Of a stretch of DNA of 51,639 nt, positions 35,523-46,800 are shown piece by piece (position 1 is the first letter of the stretch; every line of letters begins with the position of its first letter). The translations under genes and the position numbers were made by a program. The notes beneath the pieces are model-generated. The model was given only the letters and a program-made list of their open reading frames with translations. It ran no database searches and was not told where the DNA came from. This DNA is from Nemertoderma westbladi. Taxonomy: Eukaryota > Animalia > Xenacoelomorpha. Location: NCBI GenBank assembly GCA_032718475.1, contig JAUCBJ010003856.1, positions 1 to 51,639 of the forward strand, read 5' to 3'.

Positions 35523-35928
35523 TATACTAAAGGTCTTGAAATGAGGCATTTGGTTCGGTGGTGGGTTGGGAACAAATGGTTCAGCCGCGAAGGGGTGGTT
35601 CACTACACCAACATGCCAGTCGGGATCACCACCCCCTCCCAATGTAGTTGGACCTTCAACTGGGTGATCGGCGGCCGGAAGGACGGCCATTGCCTGCTTG
35701 TCAATCCCCAAACAGAACGCCGTAATGGTCTAGGTGGAGAGCCAGGAGTTGGTTAACAACATCGATAAGAAGTAGTGGAATATGTTCCAAAAAACCATTC
35801 TTGCTTCTTTGGCTGTTATTATTGGCTTTAATCGGTACCTGTGCTTGAGGCTGTGACTAAGAATACAATATAATACAATATTACATTGAATGTGAGGTTG
35901 TCGAAGAACATACAGTATGAAAGATTGT

Positions 35929-36110
35929 AAAATCCCCCCCCCCCCCCGGATACTCCCATTCTGTAAAACATTATTACATTACATTTTTCGGACCTCATCT
36001 ATACGTAAACACCATAGAATACTATTGATAATGATTCCCTATGTAAAACCAAGACAATAGATTAGCCGTAACGCGACAATTAGCCGTAACGCGACTTTTT
36101 GAGTAGCCGT
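35929..36110. repeat. Third copy of the foldback arm
   Basis: Reverse complement of ~35195-35381 (polyC-GGATACTCCC...TAGCCGTAACGCGAC). Confidence 0.85.
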
Positions 36111-36121
36111 AGTAGCGTAAA

Positions 36122-36435
36122 GGTCGCATCCTATTGGAACAAAGTTCGTAACCTAGGGTTCATTAGAACAAAGTTCGCATCCTACTGGAACAAAGTTCGC
36201 AAATATTGAACAAAGTTCGCATCACATTAGAACAAAGTTTGTAACTATTGGAACAAAGTTCGTAACTATTGGAACAAAGTTCGCAACTATTGGAACAAAG
36301 TTTGTAACTATTGGAACAAAGTTCGCAACTATTGGAACAAAGTTTGTAACTATTGGAACAAAGTTCGCAACTATTGGAACAAAGTTCGCAACCCATTGGA
36401 ACAAAGTTCACAACCCGTTGGAACAAAGTTCGCAA
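36122..36435. repeat. 21-bp minisatellite (ATTGGAACAAAGTTCGCAACT)
   Basis: About 14 tandem copies. Confidence 0.95.
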
Positions 36436-37427
36436 AAGTAGGTTTTGGAACAACGTACCGTACACGCTTAGCTTACCAGAAGTAAAGGAAATTCCAGGTA
36501 GGGTAGCACAACACATTGATCACCAGCGAGACGTCATGTTAGATTTTAACCATTTAATGACAGTGATGGTCTCTTATTACATTTACTGTACAAACCAGAG
36601 TAAATATTGACTAAACCCATGTCAGTAAACATTAATTCTGGCAGTTGAAGTATAGAAACTTAACAAAATTACTTCTAATCTGCGGAAAATATTTTTATTA
36701 TGTTGAGGATTAACTAATTCTGGGTGTGTGCAGCAGCATCCGCAAAGGGTTTGCCTTCAACCGACTATATTGTCGGTTTCTGGAAATTAGTCCGCTTGAG
36801 TATCTCAGTATAGGTGTGGATTTTGCCGAGAAACATTTAAACATGAATTCATTCAGTGATTATGTATTGGCAGTCCTTGCTGGGCTCTTAATGCTGAGGG
36901 CACTACATCCATGGATGAAAATAAGTTTAGTCGCGTTTTGGCAACTGACGCGATTCGGAAACACATAAGGAAGCGATTCGGTTTAAAAGTAAATGTATAC
37001 TTTATGCATTAATTGATTATAACTCTTAACATAATTTCAATACTTCACGACCGCTGGGTAAAATTAAACCCTTAAACTTCCTGAAACGGTATAGAAAGAG
37101 ACACCTTTTTAAGATTAAAATAATACAGGTTTCACTTGTTATGTAAAACCCAAATACATTTTTAAAAAAAAATAATTATTATTAACTTATTATTTTACAC
37201 CCTACGATATATTTTTTCACATAATCGATTTAAGCATCTGAGTTAAGTATACTTTACCATAAAGGTTATTTATGTGAACTTTTATTCTAAAGTAAGTAAC
37301 ATATAGAAGTAACCAATCCCTGAATAATAGTAAAAGCAGTCGTCTCATTGGTCGTTGAGGCATACAAAGTAAACAAACAGTCGGCCGGCCGAAACCAGAG
37401 ATGACAAGAAGGTTCCTCTGTCAAAAG

Positions 37428-38846
37428 CTGCTACACAAAGGTATGGCTGGGCGCTACTCCTATCTGCTACGTGCTACACAAAGGTAGGGCTGGGCGCTAC
37501 TCTTATCTGCTACCCGCTACTCGAGGGTAGGGCTGGGCGCTACTCCTATCTGCTACCCGCTACTCGAGGGTAGGGCTGGGCGCTACTGCTACCCGCTACA
37601 CAAAGGTAGGGCTGGACGCTACTCTTATCTGCTACCCGCTATACAAAGGTAGGGCTGGACGCTACTCTTATCTGCTACCCGCTACTCGAGGGTAGGGCTG
37701 GGCGCTACTCCTATCTGTTACCCGCTACACAAAGGTAGGGCTGGACGCTACTCTTATCTGCTACCCGCTATTCGAGGGTAAGGCTGGGTGCTACTCCTAT
37801 CTGCTAACCGCTACACAAAGGTAGGGCTGGGCGCTACTCCTATCTGCTACCCGCTACCCGAGGGTAGGGCTGGGCGCTACTCCTATCTGCTACCCGCTCT
37901 CGAGGGTAGGGCTGGGCGCTACTCCTATCTGTTACCTGCTACACAAAGGTAGGGCTGTGCGCTACTCCTATCTGTTACCCGCTACACAAAGGTAGGGCTG
38001 GGCGCTACTCCTATCTGCTACCCGCTACACAAAGGTAGGGTTGGACGCTACTCTTATCTGCTACCCGCTACTCGAGGGTCGGGCTGGGCGCTACTCCTAT
38101 CTGCTACCCGCTACACAAAGGTAGGGCTGTGCGCTACTCCTATCTGTTACCCGCTACACAAAGCTAGGACTGGGCGCTACTCCTATCTGTTACCCGCTAC
38201 ACAAAGCTAGGGCTGGGCGCTACTCCTATCTGTTACCCGCTACACAAAGGTAGGGCTGTGCGCTACTCCTATCTGTTACCCGCTACACAAAGGTAGGGCT
38301 GGGCGCTACTCCTATCTGCTACCCGCTACACAACGGTAGGGTTGGATGCTACTCTTATCTGCTACCCGCTACTCGAGGGTCGGGCTGGGCGCTACTCCTA
38401 TCTGCTACCCTCTACACAAAGGTAGGGTTGGACGCTACTCTTATCTGCTACCCGCTACTCGAGGGTCGGGCTGGGCGCTACTCCTATCTGCTACCCGCTA
38501 CACAAAGGTAGGGCTGCGCGCTACTCCTATCTGTTACCCGCTACACAAAGCTAGGACTGGGCGCTACTCCTATCTGTTACCCGCTACACAAAGCTAGGGC
38601 TGGGCGCTACTCCTATCTGTTACCCGCTACACAAAGGTAGGGCTGTGCGCTACTCCTATCTGCTACCCGCTACACAAAGGTAGGGTTGGACGCTACTCTT
38701 ATCTGCTACCCGCTACTCGAGGGTCGGGCTGGGCGCTACTCCTATCTGCTACCCGCTACACAAAGGTAGGGCTGGGCGCTACTCCTATCTGCTACCCGCT
38801 ACACAAAGGTAGGGTTGGACGCTACTCTTATCTGCTACCCGCTACT
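37428..38846. repeat. 43-bp minisatellite (ATCTGCTACCCGCTACACAAAGGTAGGGCTGGGCGCTACTCCT)
   Basis: About 33 tandem copies with two main variants (CACAAAGGT vs CTCGAGGGT). Confidence 0.97.
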
Positions 38847-39074
38847 GTTTTTTGGCAAGCACTCTAAAATTATTTTGACAGGTTGTTAAAAGTCGGTAGA
38901 GGTTTTTTTGAACCAAATTTCATGAAATCCATTGAGATATCACAAAATATGGATAGGGGATAACCAATGGGAAAAGAAAAGGAGATACCAGTACTGAAAA
39001 TAGCGGGAACATTTGAAATATATTGTTCTTAAACTTTAGATGCGTTTATCTCGGAATTGTATTTTTCACATTTT

Positions 39075-40691
39075 TTTTCAATGAACGCACGCTCGCTGAA
39101 AGCACAGAGCAAACAGGGTGACATGGTCGCTCTGGCAATGGAATATAACATCGACATCATCTGCATCCAAGAACATCGGATTTGTCATGAAGACACTGCC
39201 ATGAAGTACAATGACATTGGAAATGGATGGACGTTAGTAACAAGCTCAGCAGTAAGAAACTCGGCCAATGCATCAATTGGTGGAGTAGGAATTCTGCTAA
39301 GCCCATTTGCACTTAAGACCCTAAACAACATCGAATCTATAAATTCCAGGGTTATGATCGCAACATTTGATGGGAATCCCAAGACAACAGTTATATGTTG
39401 CTACAGTCCAACCAATGCATCAGAGCCAGAACAAGCAGTCAAGTTTTATGAAGAACTGACTGGACTTATTAAGGACATCCCGAAACACAATGTTAAAGTC
39501 ATTGCTGGTGACCTGAATGCGCAAATTGGCCCAGAAGACATCAAGGGTTACACCTATAACACCAGTTCTAACAGAAATGGGTACTTACTCTTAGACCTAA
39601 TGGAAGAATGTGAATTGATACCAACAAACAACACATTCGAAAAGAGTAAGGGGAAGCTATGGACCTTTCAATACCCTAATGGAACCAAAGCACAACTGGA
39701 TTACATCCTTATAAACAAAAAGTGGAGAAATAGCATGATCAACTGCGAGGCATACAGCTCGTTCAACCTAATTGGTTCGGACCGCAGAATTGTGACTGCA
39801 GAGATCAGACTCAGTTTAAGAGCCAGCAAACCCAGGACAAGCAAGCAAATCAACTATGACTGGGAGAAACTCAGAACTGACAATGCTGTAAAGGATGCTT
39901 ATACAGTAGAAGTTCAAAACCGCTTTGAAGCACTTCAGTCAATGGATGAAGACCAATCCACCGATTCAATATACCAGAATATAATAACAGCCCACAAGGA
40001 ATCAGCTAAGAGGCATATCCCCCAGAAACCTAAACGAAAACAGTATGTGCCATGGCAAAACTCTGAGGTTACTTGTAAGAGAGAAGATCTTAAGATAGCC
40101 TACAAAGTAAAAACCGAACAACCAACAACCAAAAACATTAACAAGGTTGAGAAAGCTAAGGACGATCTTAAATTGGCCTACAACATCAGCCAGGAAAAGT
40201 ACATACAGGATAAAACTGAAGCAATTACAACTGCTCACATACAGCAACAATCAAGACTTACCTGGCAAACTGTAAATGAGGTATCTGGTCGGAAAAGTTC
40301 TGCAAAGGGGCGCCTCAAAGCCGATAGTCCTGAAGAACGTGTTGGGAAGTGGAAAAATCACTTCAGCAACTTGCTTGGGCAGCCACCAAACATCGAGGTC
40401 AGCCCTACAAGGAAAATATATGACAAGACACTACCTATAGAAACAGGGGACTTCACACCTGCCGAACTCCAAAGAAGCATTAAAAGCATGTCCAATAATA
40501 AAGCGAGTGGATTAGATGAAATCCCAGCGGAGGTATGGAAAACCGGAGTGCTAAATAGACCATTATTGAATGTTTGCAACCGGATGTTAAAAGGGGAAAA
40601 GCCACCACCAATTTGGACTAAAGGTCAACTAAAGCCTCTCCCCAAGAAAGGAGACCTCGGCATACCAACAAACTATCGTGGGATCTGTCTG
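39075..40691 (+). mobile_element. RTE/RTEX-like LINE ORF2, N-terminal part (APE endonuclease and start of RT)
   Basis: APE motifs MNARSL, IICIQEHR, GGVGILL, YSPT, IAGDLNA, QLDYIL and SDRR, then KASGLDEIPAEVWK and PLPKKGDLGIPTNYRGI. It is interrupted at 40691 by an LTR element. Confidence 0.93.
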
Positions 40692-41914
40692 TGTAAAAGC
40701 TTTTGCGGAATTGCCCGGTTATTTTCCCCGTAAAGTACTCTGTAGTTGGTTTAGCAGGCATAAAAGGCCGTGTCATTGCTGTACCGGTGTTTTTAGGGGA
40801 CATAAAAGCTATTTCTTCTGTATGTGTACTTTAGAGGACATAATTAGCAATTCTATGACGCAACGCCCTAGATCCTCTTGAAACAGTGTCATTACTATGA
40901 CGACAGCTAACGGCTGAGCTTTACATGTGTAGCTTGCCCGGAGCCTTGCCTTGGTTCTTTGTTCTGCTCAGCTCAAAATGACGACATCTATCAGCTGTGT
41001 CCACGTGGAGCTCTTTGCCATTCGACCAATCAGAGATTCCCTCTTTGTGTAAAAGCTGTACAGCAGAATTACAGGGTTCAGTACTGACGTTTCCCCCACG
41101 CCTAGAACACCGGCCGGGGAATGTTTTCTGACATTAGAGCGTCTTTAATTATAAGATCATCAAACGGTTATCACGGTTTTGCACCTTGGCATCTGTAAAA
41201 GCTCACCCTGACGTAAACTGCTTTTCGCCGCATTATTTACTGCTATTTACTGTGTTGTTAATTGTATCGTTCGTTTACATATTATTATTGGGAAGAATAT
41301 TGATAACGATCTGAAAACCCAATCTTCTTGATACACTAAGGTTAGAGAGACCGGTTACATATAACAATTTGCGACATACATTATTGTGGTTTGTAGTGAG
41401 TTCAATGCTACTTAATAGGCCCTACAAATGTTGGTTGCTGTTCTCTTTATATATGATTAAAATCAGTGAATATCGGCAATTCATGTATGCAATTGTGTGC
41501 AATAGTCTGTGTGTGCTTGACCGAGTAACAAAGCATTTCCTAAAGAATGCACTTTGGTGATCTATAAGACATACCGTTGTGCATAGTGTAAGTCATAGCT
41601 CTGTTTAAATAGATAGAGCGCCACGTCCTAAAGGAACTGCTAATATTTCCCGAAAGTGAATAATATTTATCAGAGATTATATATTAACGATCAATCGAAT
41701 AGTACGGTAGGCCTGCACCGCAATCAAATTAAAGCATCCAAACCCAGTCTCCAGGGTATATCCAGCGGGTGAATGGTCGCGCACAGACTGGCTTTGGCTA
41801 ATGTTAGAATTATTATAGGTGTTCAATACTTGTCATAGGCTGGAGTAGATTTATAACCTAGAAGACATATAGATTTGGCGGGTTAAACTGCCAAAGGTCT
41901 TAAAAGCGCGAACA
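40692..41914 (+). repeat. 5' LTR (1223 bp)
   Basis: Direct repeat of 50219-51426. CCAAT (~41027), TATA-like GTAAAAG (~41049) and Inr-like TCAGT (~41078) occur in promoter order. Confidence 0.95.
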
Positions 41915-42269
41915 ATAACCGTTTGTAAAATTCTTGATTGCAGTGTAGGCAATAAATACAGTTTAATATTGTTCTGGTAAGAACAATAACAGTTTATAGG
42001 ATCTTGATTGCGGCGTAAGCGATCAAGACTAAAGTACCGGTCGACCGGTAACCAGTAGGCCTGACTGCCTGATCATCCGGACCGGTACTTACAACAGTAC
42101 AGGTACAGCAGTATTATTCGATTTTGATAATTATATACCGGTAGGTCTTGATATTAAATCGGGGACTGCAGCCCTGGTTTTTTATTGGGATTTTTACTTA
42201 TTTCTGTCAGTTTTATTTACTAGTAGGCTAATATTGAGCAGAAGGCGTGTAACCCTGCTCAGATTGTAC

Positions 42270-42850
42270 AGATAATTTGTAGGCCGAACTGTTGTTCTGA
42301 CTGTTATTAGGTCTGAAGAGATTGCTGCGTGTGTAGAGTTTGTCTGATAAAGTGCCAGTTAGTAAGTTGGGGCATCTTGAGTTGTAAGGTCAACCCCCTC
42401 CTAAAGAATAAGTCGTACTACCGTGTTAGAACGCATACTAACTAACCATTTCGGAATCTGCATATACTGTAGTTTATTTAGGCTTGATAGTAGTCTGCCA
42501 GCGTTTTAGCCTGTGTTTGTTTGTGTGGTCTGTTCAGGTACCGTAATAGTTATTACTCAGATATTTTGTAGGCTGGATTGTTATCTAGCTGTTATTAGAT
42601 CTGAAGAGATTACTGCGTGTGTAGAGTCTGTCCGATAAAGTGCCAGTTATTAAGTTGGGGCATCTTGAGTTGTAAGGTCAACCCCCTCCTAAAGAATAAG
42701 TCGTACTACCGTGTTAGAACGCATACTAACTAACCATTTTGGAATCTGCACATACTGTAGTTTATTTAGGCTTGATGGTAGTCTGCCAGCGTTTGGTTTG
42801 TATTTTGTTTGAGTATTCTGTACGGGTAGCGTAATATTTATTATTCAGAG
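42270..42850. repeat. 288-bp tandem duplication in the BEL element leader
   Basis: CATCTTGAGTTGTAAGGTCAACCCCCTCCTAAAGAATAAG occurs at 42373 and 42661. Confidence 0.9.
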
Positions 42851-43896
42851 TTTATGCGATTATTCGCAACATTCATATCCCTAAGTTTATTCCTACAGTA
42901 ATTGTGCTTGTTATATATACCGTTATAGTTAAATTAACCCCGGTACTACACGGGCTGCTTGGCGTAGGTAAAGACTGGTGATTTTGTGCACCGGTCACTC
43001 CAGCAGATGCCGTGGTTCTTTTAGCTGTTCAAGTATTTTTAACTACTGATTATTTGTTGTACCAGTACTTGTACCTAATTTAGGGTTTAGTGTACAGTGC
43101 TTTCCGAAGTTAATTAGTGTGTAGGCAGTATATTTGTGTTGTAAAGTGGTTAATAGGCACGTTGGTTCTGGTAGACCGCGGTAATTAACTTCTAGGTAGG
43201 GACACTCCGTGATAAATAACGTAATACCTATAGCGATACGGCTATAGGTCGTCAGACGGTGGTATTTTCCTATCTGGACAACGCAGTGTATTTACTACTA
43301 CTTATTATTTTCAAATACCGTAGTATCCTGTCCGTTTGTAATAACCAGATTTCTAACCCTTTGTTAGGCTGGTTTGTAGACTTCTTGTAAAATTACCCTA
43401 AAAATTCGTATTTGTGTTTTTTGTAATTTTTTGTGTTTATTTAGAGATTGTAATCTCACCCCGAATTGTACGTAATTGTAGTAATAAGTAACTTAGGAAG
43501 TAGAATTATTTGTTTTAGTGTCCAATAAGTAGTACTTCACTGAGAGCGCACAGCCTTTGTGTAGTGACTACTTCCCAGAAATAATAACATCTATTTCAAT
43601 ATTGTAACAAAACCCCTCATACGGGTACATATAAATCCACTAAATCTATTAATAAAATAGTAGGCCTGTTATACAACACTTAGGTCTTAATATCAGTTGG
43701 ACTGCTGCTCAAATAACGGTAATAAAGTAAGTAAAGTAACCAAGTAACCCCTAACATTCAGAAATTCAATTATTTTTAAAATAATTGACATACCGGTATT
43801 TACAATAGGCTTATTATATTTATTCTATAAATTTAGGCTGAAATCATACCGGTATTCTGTAATTAATTCTAGTCTGTAGCAGCAGCAGCAAAGGCA

Positions 43897-46800
43897 GTGG
43901 CAGAAGCAGAACGGAGAGCGTCTGAGGAGACTACCCAACTGGAGTTGGAAAATCTGCAAGAGACGCAAGACTGCATAAATAAACAGTTAACTGCTAGTCA
44001 AATGCAGATGATGAGTCGATCTACTCCCAAACGCCAAGAATACACATCATCGGAAGAAGGCGAGACCACCGATCCTGAAGGCGGAGGAAATAGATCTCGT
44101 CTAAGCAGGCGTAGAAAAACATCTCATCGTCACAAATTGCCTGATTTGCCCCCAGCGGTTAGAAGACAACTAGCTAGCACAGACTTAGGTAATACAGAAC
44201 CCACAGACCAAATTATTAAGGTCAAAAGACTCCCTACGATAGTTGATGAGCCTGAAATAATTAGGCCTGTCGTTCCCAAAGCCACTCCTGTGCTAGAGAC
44301 CCCTGTACTTCCAGAGCTTAACTCTAAATCCCCTTTACACAGTACTACACTGCCTGTACCCAGTAGAACAGTCCAGGAGAATATCCCTGTCCTGGACGCT
44401 GAGAGAGAAATCAAAGATTTGTCTCCCGTCGTCCCGCGTCTGCCCGCTACAATGTTGGCGACTCCCGCTTCGGCGGTCGAGTGGGTAGAGGAGGGACGGC
44501 GGGGGATGAATCTCCTGCTCGGACAGATGCAGGAGACTGTCCACCAACTCAAGGGAACATTAAGGGAAAGTAGGGTAGAATTGCAAGAAGTGCAGCAAAG
44601 CATCGCGCTAGAACGCGACAAATTAGTCAATATACAAAAGGGTATACCAATACCCCCTGTAACATTGTGTCAACCTGTTAGGTCTGAAGTATTACATGCG
44701 CAAGGTGTGGAGCCTACACGCATCTATACTGCTAGTGAAGTAGAAACTCCTATAGCAAACCCTATTAAGGGTGATTATAAACCTGTTGTTGATGATATTC
44801 CCTATAGACCTGATAATAATCCGGGAAATTTATATACCGATAATTCGATATTAAATAACACGATGGCCCAAGAAAGCTTTACGCGTCAGATGGCTAGAAC
44901 AGAAGCCCGCCAAGCGGTCAAAGTGGGAGAAATCGTCAAATTCAATGGAGATGAGATGAAATGGTTACCTTTTAATGAATATTACAAAGATAGCATACAG
45001 AACTCTGTACTATCTAACGGAGAGAAACTTAGATTCCTCATCAAGTGCTTGGAAGGACCTCCCAAGTTAATGGCATTAAAGTTTATTGGACATCCAGATG
45101 GATTAAGACAAGTTTGGGATACATTAAACATCAGGTATGGTAACAAGGATAACATAGCTAATTATTTGTATGCAAAATTAGTAGCCCCCCGAAAGTTCCT
45201 TAGTAGCGGGATTATAAAGTTTTCCGATGAGATTCAGGAGATCTGTAGACAATTGGATTGGTTAGGTAAGTCTCAGGAATATCAGAGTTCCATGGTTATT
45301 GGAGCCGTAGTCTCCACTTTACCAAAGGGTGGAGTATGTACACGCTGGGACAAGAAAGTGTTGTATATGAATGAGCAGCAACGACGAGGCCCTACCATGG
45401 CTGATCTCATGTCCTTCTTAGATAGTGAAGTAAAATTACAACTCATAAAGCAGTCCAGAGAGAAAACATCGGAAAATAAGGTAAGTGAGAAACCCGTTTC
45501 TAGGAGAAGGGTAACACCAGTGTGTTATACTGACGACGGTGAAAGCCAAGTCTCTCAGGAAGAGGACAGCGGGAAAGACACAGCAAAATCTTACTATGAC
45601 AACAAGACCTATAAAGACGTAAGTAAATATAAGTCTCGAACCAGTGACAGGAGAGAACAGGTAACAACAACTCCTCCTACGTCTCCTAAGAGAATTCACG
45701 GAAGAAAGCCCGAAGAAAGAACGAGAGTGCATAACGTTACCCAAGGTAAAGTGAGTAACATCAAACCAAAATGTGCGCTGTGCGACGGGCCCCACCGTTT
45801 GAGTGTGTGTGCTGAATTCCTAAAGAAATCCCTGGTAGACAGACGTGAAGTCATGTGGGATAAGCGGTTATGCTATAATTGCCTCAGACAAGGACACCAA
45901 CGGCGAACCTGTTACTCCGACGTAAAGTGTGCAAAGTGCGGTGCGAAACATCACATCTTGTTACACAGTGAATTCGAACGAAACAACCCGAGTCAGGTAA
46001 GTGAGCCCGAACTACATGTCCAATTCAGTGATGTAAATGACACTGATCAAGAATCTGAGATGGAAGGATTCTATACGGACGAATTCTCCGACGCCAACAA
46101 ATCCTGTTACCTAATAAATACCGCAGTGTATCGAGCACTTACTTACGAAAAGGACACCGACAATGAGTTCCCCCCAACTACCTTTGACAGACAACCATCT
46201 TGGAAAGATCCAACTTCCAACGTAGGAATCAGAGAATTTCCTGTAGTGCAGGTAAGAGTTCACGGTCCTAACAAAAGTTACATAGTGAACGCCCTCCTTG
46301 ACTCCGGCAGCACAGGAACATTCATCGATCAAGAACTAGCCGAAGATATCTTTGCTGGACAACCCAAATTCCAAACTAAGTTGAATATGTCTGGAATTAT
46401 GCAGGTTTGGAAATCTACCATAACGGCAGATTACTATGTAGGTGCGTTGTCCACCCCCCAGGATAAATTAGGAGCACAAAGTATAAAGTCAGTAAAAATG
46501 GTGGCTATAAAGAACTTCGCTACTACCCAAGTAGAACCTTATAACTTGGACGAGGACGAGAGCATCCAGCAGCTTAAGATACCTCGATTCCACACAGATT
46601 ATCCTGGAGTGCAAATACTCATTGGCCAAAACGCGCATGAGGCGCTAGAGACATTGGAGAAACGGCCTGCTCAACCACAGCCACTACAAACCTATGCGGT
46701 AAGAACTAGAGTAGGTTGGTACTTCACTGGCCCTTCCCGTAGAACTCTCAAAGAGAGATTACCTCAAGAACAGGTATACCAAGTAAAGGAATGGGAAGTG

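Noticed and set aside
35505-35756. Short ORFs on both strands in the GC-rich island
   Set aside because: No recognisable motif or splice structure; kept only as part of the foldback finding.
37318-37400. Possible hammerhead ribozyme (CTGA...GGCCGAAAC)
   Set aside because: No CTGANGA core with properly paired stems; I also found no hammerhead core in the LTRs.
18750-38846. CRISPR-like appearance of the 20-, 21-, 30- and 43-bp arrays
   Set aside because: Units are contiguous without unique spacers, there are no cas genes, and the context is eukaryotic.
40692-40733. C-terminus CKSFCGIARLFSP of the 558-aa ORF
   Set aside because: Read-through into the LTR; the true LINE frame resumes at 51432.
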